DNA of 64,000 nucleotides from an uncultured Acidimicrobiales bacterium (GTDB lineage Bacteria; Actinomycetota; Acidimicrobiia; Acidimicrobiales; VFJN01): NCBI GenBank assembly GCA_963802385.1, contig CAWDIO010000020.1, positions 12,422 to 76,421 of the forward strand, read 5' to 3'. Shown piece by piece: positions 56,280 to 64,000 of this stretch (position 1 is its first letter; each line of letters starts with the position of its first letter). The notes under the pieces were generated by a model. It saw only the letters and a program-made list of their open reading frames with translations, ran no database searches and was not told where the DNA came from. The position numbers and the translations under genes were made by a program.

Positions 56280-57146
56280 GTGGTCTCAACGAGCGGACGG
56301 GCGGGTCGGACGGTCATCGTCACGGGAGGCGCATCCGGGATCGGGCTGGCCATCGGGGCCCGGCTGGCCAAGCTGGGGGCTCGCGTCGTCCTCGCGGACA
56401 TCGACGGCGAAGCCGCCAGGCTGCGGGCCGGAGAGCTGAACGGGTCCTCGGGCGGAGACGTGGTCGCCGGTCGTCAGCTCGATGTCGGTGACGAGGCAGG
56501 GTTCCGGTCGTTGGTCGACGAGGTCATCGAGCGCGATGGCCGGCTCGACATGTTGTTCAACAACGCCGGCATCTCCCTCGGGGGCCCGACCCACGAGCTC
56601 ACCGCCGCTCATTGGGATCGCGTCATCGATGTGAACCTCCGGGGTGTGGTCAACGGCGTCCTGGCCGCCTACCCGAAGATGGTCGAGCAGGGCCGGGGGC
56701 ACATCGTCAACACGGCCAGCGCCGCCGGGCTGGTGGCGCCACCATTCGTGGCGGCGTACGCGGCGGCCAAGCACGCCGTCGTCGGTCTCTCCCTGGCCTT
56801 GCGACCCGAGGCCGCGCTGCACGGCGTGAAGGTCACCGTGCTGTGCCCCGGGTCGGTCGAGACCCCGATACTCGACCGCGCACCGCCCCCGGACCTCCCC
56901 GCCACTCCGTCGAAGCCGGTCACCGCACGCGAGTACCTCGCCGTCGTGCGCCAGAAGCCGGCGCCGGTCGATGACGTCGCCCGCCGAGCCCTGAAGGCGA
57001 TCGAGCAGAACCGGGCCCTGGTCATCGTGCCCGCAGGCGCGAAACCCCTGTGGTACCTCCACCGGCTGTCACCGAGGTTGACGCAACGGGTGACATCCAT
57101 CGTCGCCCGCCGGGTCGACCGCCGCCTGGTCGCCCCACGCAACTGA
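56280..57146 (+). CDS. short-chain dehydrogenase/reductase (SDR)
   Basis: VTGGASGIGLAIG cofactor motif, NNAG, and catalytic YAAAKHAV. The GTG 56280 start is tentative. Confidence 0.8.
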   Translation: MVSTSGRAGRTVIVTGGASGIGLAIGARLAKLGARVVLADIDGEAARLRAGELNGSSGGDVVAGRQLDVGDEAGFRSLVDEVIERDGRLDMLFNNAGISLGGPTHELTAAHWDRVIDVNLRGVVNGVLAAYPKMVEQGRGHIVNTASAAGLVAPPFVAAYAAAKHAVVGLSLALRPEAALHGVKVTVLCPGSVETPILDRAPPPDLPATPSKPVTAREYLAVVRQKPAPVDDVARRALKAIEQNRALVIVPAGAKPLWYLHRLSPRLTQRVTSIVARRVDRRLVAPRN

Positions 57147-57270
57147 GCCGGGACGAGCGGGTCGGGCCGCCTACAGCGGGAGGGGCCGGGCGTGACGGGT
57201 TCGGGGGCCTGTCCACGCCAACCCGTCTTCGTGGCCCTGACCAGGGCGGGGCCCGGAATGCTCACGGGGG

Positions 57271-57777
57271 ATGGGTGCCGTGCGCGACTACTTCGACGTC
57301 GTCGGGGGCGTGCGCTCGGGCCTGCACGACGAGCCGCCGTGGTGGGCGTCCGGGGGCATCGCCCTCTTCGGCGCCCTGGTGGTGGCCGTGGTGGCGTTCA
57401 GCCTGGCCCTCGGGGTCGACGGTGGCGGTAGCTCCGAGTCGACGCGTGTGCGCACGCTGGCGCCCGAGTCGCCGGCGGTCGGGGACCCGCCGACTTCCTC
57501 GGCGGATGGCGCCGCGGCGGTCCCGGCGGACGAGGCCGCGGACGAGACCATCGCGCTGGCCGACCGGTCGGGGACGTTCCAGCAGGTGCCGCGGGCCGCG
57601 GTCGACGCCGCCCGGGCCCAGGGCGCAACGGCCTTGGGCGTCGGCGTCGGCGAGGTGCGCCACCAGCTGGTGTCCGCCGCGCCCGGGCGGGTCGAGCTGA
57701 GCGTGTCCACCCTCGACGGCCGGCGCCAGGTGGCGGTGATCGCCGTCGAGTCCGGGGGATCCTGGCAGGTGACGTGA
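57271..57777 (+). CDS. membrane-anchored hypothetical protein
   Basis: A single TM (GGIALFGALVVAVVAFSLAL), then a soluble domain. Its stop overlaps the GTG of the hydrolase gene. Confidence 0.5.
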   Translation: MGAVRDYFDVVGGVRSGLHDEPPWWASGGIALFGALVVAVVAFSLALGVDGGGSSESTRVRTLAPESPAVGDPPTSSADGAAAVPADEAADETIALADRSGTFQQVPRAAVDAARAQGATALGVGVGEVRHQLVSAAPGRVELSVSTLDGRRQVAVIAVESGGSWQVT

Positions 57778-60700
57778 GCGGGCGCCTCCTCGGGTCGGCC
57801 GACGTCACGGGCAGGGCCACCCGCCGGGCGGCCGCCGCGATCCCCGTCGTCCTGCTGGCCGTCGTCATGCTGGTGGTGGTGGGCATCGTGCCCACGTCGG
57901 GGATGGGATCCCCGGACTTCCCTCCCGTCGAGCCGGGCGAGGCCGCCGAGCGCGAGGTGCCCCGCGGCTACATGGACGCCTACCGCCAGGCCGACGAGGA
58001 GCACCGGGTCCCCTGGCCCGTCCTCGCCGCCATGGGCTTCGTCCTCACCGAGCACGGCGCCCGCAGCCCCTACGACACCCTCTACCGCACCGAGGAGCAG
58101 CGCTTCCCGGTGGTCGATCCCCCCATCGCCCCCGGGGCCGCGCCCGACGTGGCGGCGGCCGGGGCGTGCCGGGTCCGCCTGGTGGGTGACTCGCTGCTGG
58201 TGGGCATGGCGGGCGACCTGGCCGCGGGCCTGGCCAGCGCCTGCGCGGTCACCGGCCTCGACGCCCGTGAAGGCCGCATGATCGCCGAGGGCACCGAGCG
58301 GCTGACCGACCAGCCGCTGGGCGACGAGACCGCGGTCGTCGTGGTGCTCGGCACCAACGACCTGGCCACCGGCGCCACCCGGGCCCAGCTCGACGAGCGC
58401 ATCGGCGCGCTGCTGGCCGCGGCCGGGGACCGCGCCGTCATCTGGGAGACGAGCGCGGCCCGGGGCCTGCCGACCGGCAACGACGTGCTGGCCTCGGCCC
58501 TGGCCGCCGCCGCACGCGACCATCCCCGGATGGTGGTGGCCGACTGGGAGGGATACCTGGGATCCCTCCCGAACGCCGACGCCTACCGCACGGGCGACGG
58601 GGTCCACTACACGCCCGACGGGTACGGGGTCATGGCCGACTGGCTGGTCCGCCAGCTGGCCGCGCCCCAGGTCCTGGCCGTCGACCCGCCGGTCGGCGAC
58701 GGCGGGCTGGGCCCGCTGCTGCTCAACCCGACCGTCTTCACCGGCCTCTCGGTCCAGTCCGCGCAGGGCGTCGAGCGCTCGGTGGACCTGCTGGCGGCGC
58801 AGATGGCCCGCATCGCCGACCGCACCCGCACCCGGGGCGCGGACGACGCCCGCGCCTCCCGCTTCTCCGAGGAGTTCCTCCCCGAGTCGGAGGAGTTCTG
58901 GCACGAGGTGGTGGCCGCCGCGCCGGTGGTGGCGGGCGACTCGGCCTGCCTCCAGCCCGACCCCACCATGCCCGTCCCGCAGGTCATCGAAGTGGTGTGG
59001 CGCTGCGAGATGCTGCGCACGCCGCCCACGCTGTGGACCCCCGACGGCGTGGTCCACGGCGCCGAGGCCCAGGACCTGCTGCTGGGCGAGGCCCACGCCG
59101 TGGCGGCCGCCTGGTCGGACCGGGGCGCCGCCCCGTGCGACGAGACGGCGCCCTTCGCCGGGGTCTTCCCCCTTCCCGCCCTCGCCCTGGCCACCCGCTG
59201 CGACCCGGTCCAGAACATCCGCACCGCCGCCCGCCTGGTCCTCGACCAGGAGAGCCGCCCGCTGGAGCAGCGCCCGGGGGCCACCGAGTGGGAGCGGGCC
59301 GCGGCCGGCTGGGCCATCCTGGCGCCGGCCCTGGGCGACCCCGGCGTCAACCACTTCGTGGCCGAGGGCCCGCCCGCCGCCGGCTTCACGCCGGGCGAGA
59401 CCTGCGGGCTGGCCCTGGACGTCACGCTCGACGCCGAGGCCGGCGCGCAGCCGGCCTGGGGCGCCTTGGCCCCGCTGGCCCGGTTCGACCCCCAGGCCGT
59501 GGACTTCGACCCCGCCCGCTGGGACGCCGCCTTCGCCGCCACCCCGGTGGACCCGCTGTTCCGGACCGGCGCCCCCTGCGACCCGGGACACGACCGGGCC
59601 GCGGGGTTCGAGTGGCTGGCCGATCGGCTGGCCGCCCGCCAGCCCTCGGAAGGCCCGGCCGATCCCGGGCTGGCGGGCACCATCGCCTACGCCCGCTGGG
59701 TGGGAGCCCGGGGGGCCTTCCCGGTCGTGGGCCAGACCGGCCTCGTCCCCCGGCTGCACAACCCCCGGCTGGTCCCGCCCCACATCGACCGGCCGCCGGT
59801 CACCGGCGGGGCCACCCCGATCAACCCGCGCGAGTTCGCCGACCGGGTGATCGCCAAGGCCAAGGTGTACGCGGGCTACGCCAGCTCGGTCCCGGTCGAC
59901 GTGACGGGCTGGGAGGCGCTGGCGGCCCTGGGCATCCCCGAGCACGCGGCCCGGGCCTACGTCCAGGCCATCGCCCGGGTGGGCGCCATCGAGTCCGGCT
60001 GCGCCATCGACGTCGCCTACCTGGCCGGCTTCGGCTTCATGGAGTCGGGCCACGGCACGGTGGCGGTCGACCTCAGCACCGGCACGTCCGACGGCCCCGG
60101 CCGCAAGGGCCCCGTCACCTGGGACCCGCTGACCGGCGAGTCCAGCCCGGCCATCCTCGGCACCCTGCTCGACGGCGGCGGCACCGGCGGCAACACGACG
60201 CCGTACCCCAACACGCTCGCACCGACCGACCGGGCCTTCTACCGCCAGAGCGAGCCGTACCTGCGGGCTGTCGGCCCGACGCAGTTCCTGCCGACCACAT
60301 GGGAAGGGGTCCGGGCGGTGGCCGACGGGAACGACGACGGCGTGGGCGACCCGTTCAACTACTACGACGGTGCGCTGGCCACCGCGGTGAAGACGTGCCG
60401 GGACGGCCAGGGCCTGGCCACCGAAGCCGCCCAGCGCCGGGCCGCGCTCGCCTACAACGGCGCCGGCTGGTACGCGGACGGCGTGCTGTCCAAGGCGGCC
60501 GAGTACCGGGCGGGCCTGGCGGCCATGGGCCTGGGCGACCCCGACGCGCCCCCGGGCCGGTCGATCGCCCTGCCGGACGGGCCGGTCACCATCGTGGACG
60601 TGTACGGCATCCAGGTGAACGCAGCCATCGCCGAGCGGGTGCGGGCCCTGGTGGACGCGGCCCGGGCCGACGGGCTGGAGCTGGCCCAGGGCTCCGGGGG

Positions 60701-60986
60701 CTGGCGCTCGCCCGAGGCCCAGATCCGGCTGCGGCGGGCTCACTGCGGGACCAGCGACTACGCCGTCTACCAGATGCCGCCGTCGCAGTGCTCGCCGCCC
60801 ACGGCCCGGCCGGGCACGTCCGAGCACGAGCGGGGCCTGGCCATCGACTTCCGCTGCAACGGCGAGGCCATCGGCCAGCGCTCGTTCTCCAACCCCTGCG
60901 TCGTGTGGCTGCGGGCGCACGCGGCCACCTACGGCCTCTACAACCTGCCGAGCGAAGCATGGCACTGGTCGACCTCGGGACGTTGA
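57774..60986 (+). CDS. membrane-anchored multidomain cell-wall hydrolase: transglycosylase-like + SGNH hydrolase + second lytic transglycosylase + VanY/M15B D,D-carboxypeptidase
   Basis: Uninterrupted 1070-aa ORF. TM AAAIPVVLLAVVMLVVVGIV. VPWPVLAAMGFVLTEHG. SGNH blocks RLVGDSLLVG, VLGTNDL, DGVHYTPDGY. FGFMESGHG...GPTQFLPTTWE...YNGAGWY. C-terminal GGWRSPEAQ...SEHERGLAIDF...EAWHW. Confidence 0.75.
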   Translation: MSGRLLGSADVTGRATRRAAAAIPVVLLAVVMLVVVGIVPTSGMGSPDFPPVEPGEAAEREVPRGYMDAYRQADEEHRVPWPVLAAMGFVLTEHGARSPYDTLYRTEEQRFPVVDPPIAPGAAPDVAAAGACRVRLVGDSLLVGMAGDLAAGLASACAVTGLDAREGRMIAEGTERLTDQPLGDETAVVVVLGTNDLATGATRAQLDERIGALLAAAGDRAVIWETSAARGLPTGNDVLASALAAAARDHPRMVVADWEGYLGSLPNADAYRTGDGVHYTPDGYGVMADWLVRQLAAPQVLAVDPPVGDGGLGPLLLNPTVFTGLSVQSAQGVERSVDLLAAQMARIADRTRTRGADDARASRFSEEFLPESEEFWHEVVAAAPVVAGDSACLQPDPTMPVPQVIEVVWRCEMLRTPPTLWTPDGVVHGAEAQDLLLGEAHAVAAAWSDRGAAPCDETAPFAGVFPLPALALATRCDPVQNIRTAARLVLDQESRPLEQRPGATEWERAAAGWAILAPALGDPGVNHFVAEGPPAAGFTPGETCGLALDVTLDAEAGAQPAWGALAPLARFDPQAVDFDPARWDAAFAATPVDPLFRTGAPCDPGHDRAAGFEWLADRLAARQPSEGPADPGLAGTIAYARWVGARGAFPVVGQTGLVPRLHNPRLVPPHIDRPPVTGGATPINPREFADRVIAKAKVYAGYASSVPVDVTGWEALAALGIPEHAARAYVQAIARVGAIESGCAIDVAYLAGFGFMESGHGTVAVDLSTGTSDGPGRKGPVTWDPLTGESSPAILGTLLDGGGTGGNTTPYPNTLAPTDRAFYRQSEPYLRAVGPTQFLPTTWEGVRAVADGNDDGVGDPFNYYDGALATAVKTCRDGQGLATEAAQRRAALAYNGAGWYADGVLSKAAEYRAGLAAMGLGDPDAPPGRSIALPDGPVTIVDVYGIQVNAAIAERVRALVDAARADGLELAQGSGGWRSPEAQIRLRRAHCGTSDYAVYQMPPSQCSPPTARPGTSEHERGLAIDFRCNGEAIGQRSFSNPCVVWLRAHAATYGLYNLPSEAWHWSTSGR

Positions 60987-61643
60987 GGCGGCGCCTCCCG
61001 CCGCGGGCCGTCGTGGCCGCCGCCGTGCTCGCCGTGCTCGGCGTGTCGCTGGCGGCGTGGCTGGTGGTCCGCCCCGGCGGCGCCCCCGACCGACCCGAGG
61101 AGGCCGGCGACCGCACCGCCCCCGGCGACGCTGCCGGACCCGGTCCCCGACGACGTGCTCAACGACACCGAGCACGGCACCGCGGTGGACGACCTCGACC
61201 CGGCCACGGTGTGGTACCTCCAGCTCTCCACCCTCCCGGTCGAGGACGTGACCCGGATGATGGAGGCCGGCGTCGGCTCCGACCTGGACCCCGCCCAGCT
61301 CGCCGCCGCCCGCGACGCCGCCTCCCGCTACGTCGCCGCCGACCTCAGCGGCGCCCCCCGCGATGGCGGGCCCTGGGCCGCCCCCGCCCGGGCGTGCTGC
61401 CGGGACGTCCGCATCCTCGCGGCCGCCGCCGCCGGCTACCCCGACCAGCCGCCCCTGGCGCTGGCCCTGGTGGTCTGGTCGGCCAACCCCATCGACGGCG
61501 GCCCCCCGTTCGACGCCTGGGAGGCCTCCTTCGTCTTCCTCGCCCCCGCCGAGGCCGGTGGCTACACGCCCGTCGACCCCTCCACGGTGGAGTCGTGGGA
61601 GTCCCCACCCGGGCTCGGTCAGCCGTCCGGCGCCGCCCGCTGA
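60959..61643 (+). CDS. membrane-anchored hypothetical protein, one frameshift near 61130
   Basis: ATG 60959 overlaps the hydrolase 3' end. TM AVVAAAVLAVLGVSLAAWLVV. The soluble part continues in the frame of ORF 61155-61643. Confidence 0.45.
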
Positions 61644-62437
61644 CGCACGGCCTCGAACAGCAGGACGGCGGCGGCCGCGGCGGCGTTGAGCGAGTCGACG
61701 CCGCCGGACCCGGGCATGGGGATCACCACCTGCTCGTCGGCCGCGTCGAGCCAGTCCGGCGGCAGGCCCCGGTGCTCCGACCCCACCACCAGCGCCGACG
61801 GCCCCGCGAGCGGCAGCCGCCAGTAGGGCTGCGTGCCCCCGGGCCCGGCGGCGTAGACGGGCAGCCGGTGGCGCCGCAGCCAGGCCAGCACCTCGGCGGT
61901 GTCACCCACGGCCACGGGCACGCCGAACAGCGCGCCCTGCGAAGAGCGCACCACGTTCGGGTTGAACACGTCGGTCACCGGGTCGGCCACGACCACCGCC
62001 GCCGCGCCCGCCGCCGACGCCGACCGCAGCATGGTCCCGAGGTTCCCCGGCTTCTCCACCTCCGCCACCACCAGCACGAGGGGATCCGCGCCCAGCTCGA
62101 TGCGGTCGAGCCCGGTGGCGAAGGCGCGGGCGATGCCGAGCACCCCGTCCGGGCCCTCCCGGTACGACAACCGCCCGAACACGCTCTCCGCCACGTCGGT
62201 GACGACCGCGCCCGCCGCCCGCGCCGCCGCCAGCACCCCGTCCGCGCCCGCATGACCGGCTCCCCGCCGAGCAGGTCCGGGCACACCAGGACCTCGTCCA
62301 GCTCCACGCCCGCCGGCCAGCGCCCGCGCCAGCTCGCGGCGGCCCTCGATGACGAACCGGCCGGTGCGGTCCCGCTCCCGCCGCTTGCGCAGGGCCAGCG
62401 CGGCCTTGACCCGGGGGTTGGCGGTGCTGGTGATCAC
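61619..62437 (-). pseudogene. TrmH/SpoU family RNA 2'-O-methyltransferase, two frameshifts (about 62250-62310)
   Basis: GTG 62437 overlaps the upstream stop. ITSTANPRVKAALALRK, EKPGNLGTMLRSASAAG, LVVGSEHRGL, IPMPGSGGVDSLNAAAAAAVLLFE (SpoU motifs 1-3). Confidence 0.8.
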
Positions 62438-63982
62438 CCGGCCATGTTGGCGCGCCGGTGCTCCTCCCAGCGCCGCCGGCGCTCCTCGGTGGGGCGGAAG
62501 CGGCCGCTCTCGTCGAACAGCGTCTCCCGCACCCGCTCCCGCAGGACCGCCCGGTGGCGGGTCAGCGACTCCCCGGGCCGGGCCACCAGGGCCAGCAGCT
62601 TGTGCTCGGCGTCCTCCCGCTGGCGGCGGCTCACGGTGTCGTCCGGGTCGCCGCCGGCCCGCAGCGTGTCGTCGGCGTAGCCCCGCCGCGCCAGCTTCGG
62701 GTAGAGGTAGCCGCGCAGGTCGTCGTAGCTGAGCCCGGTCCCCACCAGCAGGTCGGTCGACGAGGTCGGCCAGGCGCCGGGCGCCGACCAGCTCGATGTC
62801 GCGGTCGATCACGGGGACCAGGCCCTCGGTCCCGGGCCGGTTGCCGCCCTCGCTGTCGTAGCCCTCGGCCAGGCGGTCGAGGCTGACCGGCCGGCCGCGC
62901 CGGGCCTCGTCGAGCGCCAGGCGCCACACCGCGGGCGAGTGGGCGTCGGTGGCGTCGCCCGCCAGCCACTTGCGGGTCCCGGGGGCCTGGCGCCGCCGGT
63001 GCCGCTGGTCCCGGGCGTAGGCGGCCGCGGCCTGCTCGGGGGTGAGCCCGGGGTCGTGGAGCTCGACCCGGTCGGTGCGGGTCAGCCAGTGGGCGCAGTG
63101 GGCGACGTTGGAGGACAGGTGGCTCACCTTGTCGGCCGCCCGGGGCAGGTCGCGTTCGAGGACGAGGCCGGCGGCCACCGTCCAGCACGCCCGGGGCCGG
63201 TTGCGGGCGGCGAAGCGGCGCATGACCACGATGAGGCGGGCGAGGCCCTCCTGGAGGGCGTCGTCGTGGTCGAACACGGTGGGCTGGGCGTTGCGCACCC
63301 GGACCGCCTTGGTGGCCACGAACCCCTTCATGGCCGCGCAGGCGGACTGCTCGGCCCGGTCCCGGTAGCCGGACAGGCTGCGGAGGGCGGCGACGAGGCG
63401 GCTCTGCGGCAGGACGGGGACCACCAGGTTCCCGGGAGCTCCCGGGATGGTTCCCGCCCGGTTGCGGGCCCAGGCCGGAGGCAGGTCGCCGTCGGCCACG
63501 CCCACGCCCACGTGGAAGGCGCCGCGGGCCGCACCGCCGTGGGCCTCCGGGTAGAGCGGGCTGGTCCAGTCGACCCGCCACACGCCGGGGGGCAGCGGCG
63601 TGCCGGGCTCGAGCGGCGCCCCGGCCAGCGTCGGCAGCAGCTCGTAGAAGTTCACGCTGTGGCTGGGCTGGGACGGGTTGGCGATCGGCGCCGCCGCGCT
63701 GTGGGCGACCGAGCAGCGGAACACGGCGATCCCCCCGGAGGTGGGGACCCGCCCGTCCTGCAGCGCAGCCGCCGCGCCCACGCAGGCCCGGATGGCGGTG
63801 AAGTGCTCCTCCATGACGGCGTTGTGGACCCGGGCGCTGCGGCCCCGGTCGAACCGCAGCTCCCGCAGCTCCCGGGGCAGCGCCGGCAGCCCGGCCAGCC
63901 CCGGCGCCGCCCGCAGCGCCCCGAGCGTGATGTCGGCGTCGCCCGGCGGGTCGAGAACGGTCGTCACCTCGGCAGTCCCCAC
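62434..63982 (-). CDS. large hypothetical protein with a possible sigma-70 region-2-like segment, one frameshift near 62755
   Basis: GTG 63982 is preceded by GAAGGGGG. The N-terminal ~215 aa are of unknown type. The middle FDHDDALQEGLARLIVVMRRFAARNRPRACWTVAAGLVLERDL resembles sigma region 2. The C-terminal 100 aa are Arg/Glu-rich. Confidence 0.45.
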
Positions 63983-64000
63983 GGTGCACCCCCTTCGTCC

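Noticed and set aside
57288-61175. 1295-aa ORF on the minus strand antisense to the hydrolase operon, plus similar giant ORFs (1389-3374 minus, 46907-49690 minus, 49669-52377 minus, 17089-19926 plus, 58997-62680 plus, and the 8927-13642 reading beyond about 9320)
   Set aside because: Their translations are monotonous Arg/Pro/Gly/Ala-rich strings with no motifs. They run antisense or out of frame to genes with clear family signatures. Long stop-free frames are expected by chance at this GC content.
48779-61643. Calling the region an integrative conjugative element or complete T4SS
   Set aside because: No VirB4/VirD4-type ATPase, relaxase, integrase or att-like direct repeats are visible. The housekeeping metG sits in the middle. 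Only a T4SS-like membrane subset and a multidomain hydrolase are present.

Overview
64-kb, very GC-rich, actinobacterium-like chromosomal segment (many GTG starts, 4-bp ATGA/GTGA gene overlaps, SARP/LAL/ECF-type regulators). I call about 50 protein genes and recognise no rRNA, tRNA or CRISPR array. Blocks: (i) 1-20.4 kb is a mixed housekeeping/accessory stretch. It holds an ArsR-SRPBCC operon, amt followed by a CPA2 antiporter fused to a GlnD-like ACT tail, tandem DUF3089 lipoproteins and a YciI-ECF sigma pair. (ii) 20.5-44 kb is an envelope-associated cluster. It holds a MalT-like STAND ATPase with a C-terminal SARP module, a LuxR regulator and a membrane-anchored Hsp70-like ATPase with an extracytoplasmic beta-propeller. 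It also holds a MoxR / DUF58 / transglutaminase triad split by a LAL-type regulator, then three tandem ~2.9-kb copies of a secreted beta-propeller + PKD-repeat gene in different states of decay. (iii) 44-48.8 kb carries K+-sensing genes (kdpD, two kdpE paralogues, OB-fold, USP-like) with no kdpFABC. (iv) 48.8-53.5 kb is a translationally coupled four-gene membrane module that resembles the VirB2 / VirB3(PrgI) / VirB6 part of a type IV secretion system but has no ATPase. (v) The rest holds metG, gene remnants, an SDR, an operon with a four-catalytic-domain peptidoglycan hydrolase, a TrmH methyltransferase and a large hypothetical. A 97-bp nested-palindrome repeat occurs four times, each time just 3' of a plus-strand stop codon. 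Reading frames are interrupted unusually often (roughly 45-50 breaks by my eye count) and very unevenly. Either the assembly carries indel errors or many genes are decaying. Products of interrupted genes were inferred by stitching frames by eye, so their coordinates are outer boundaries only.
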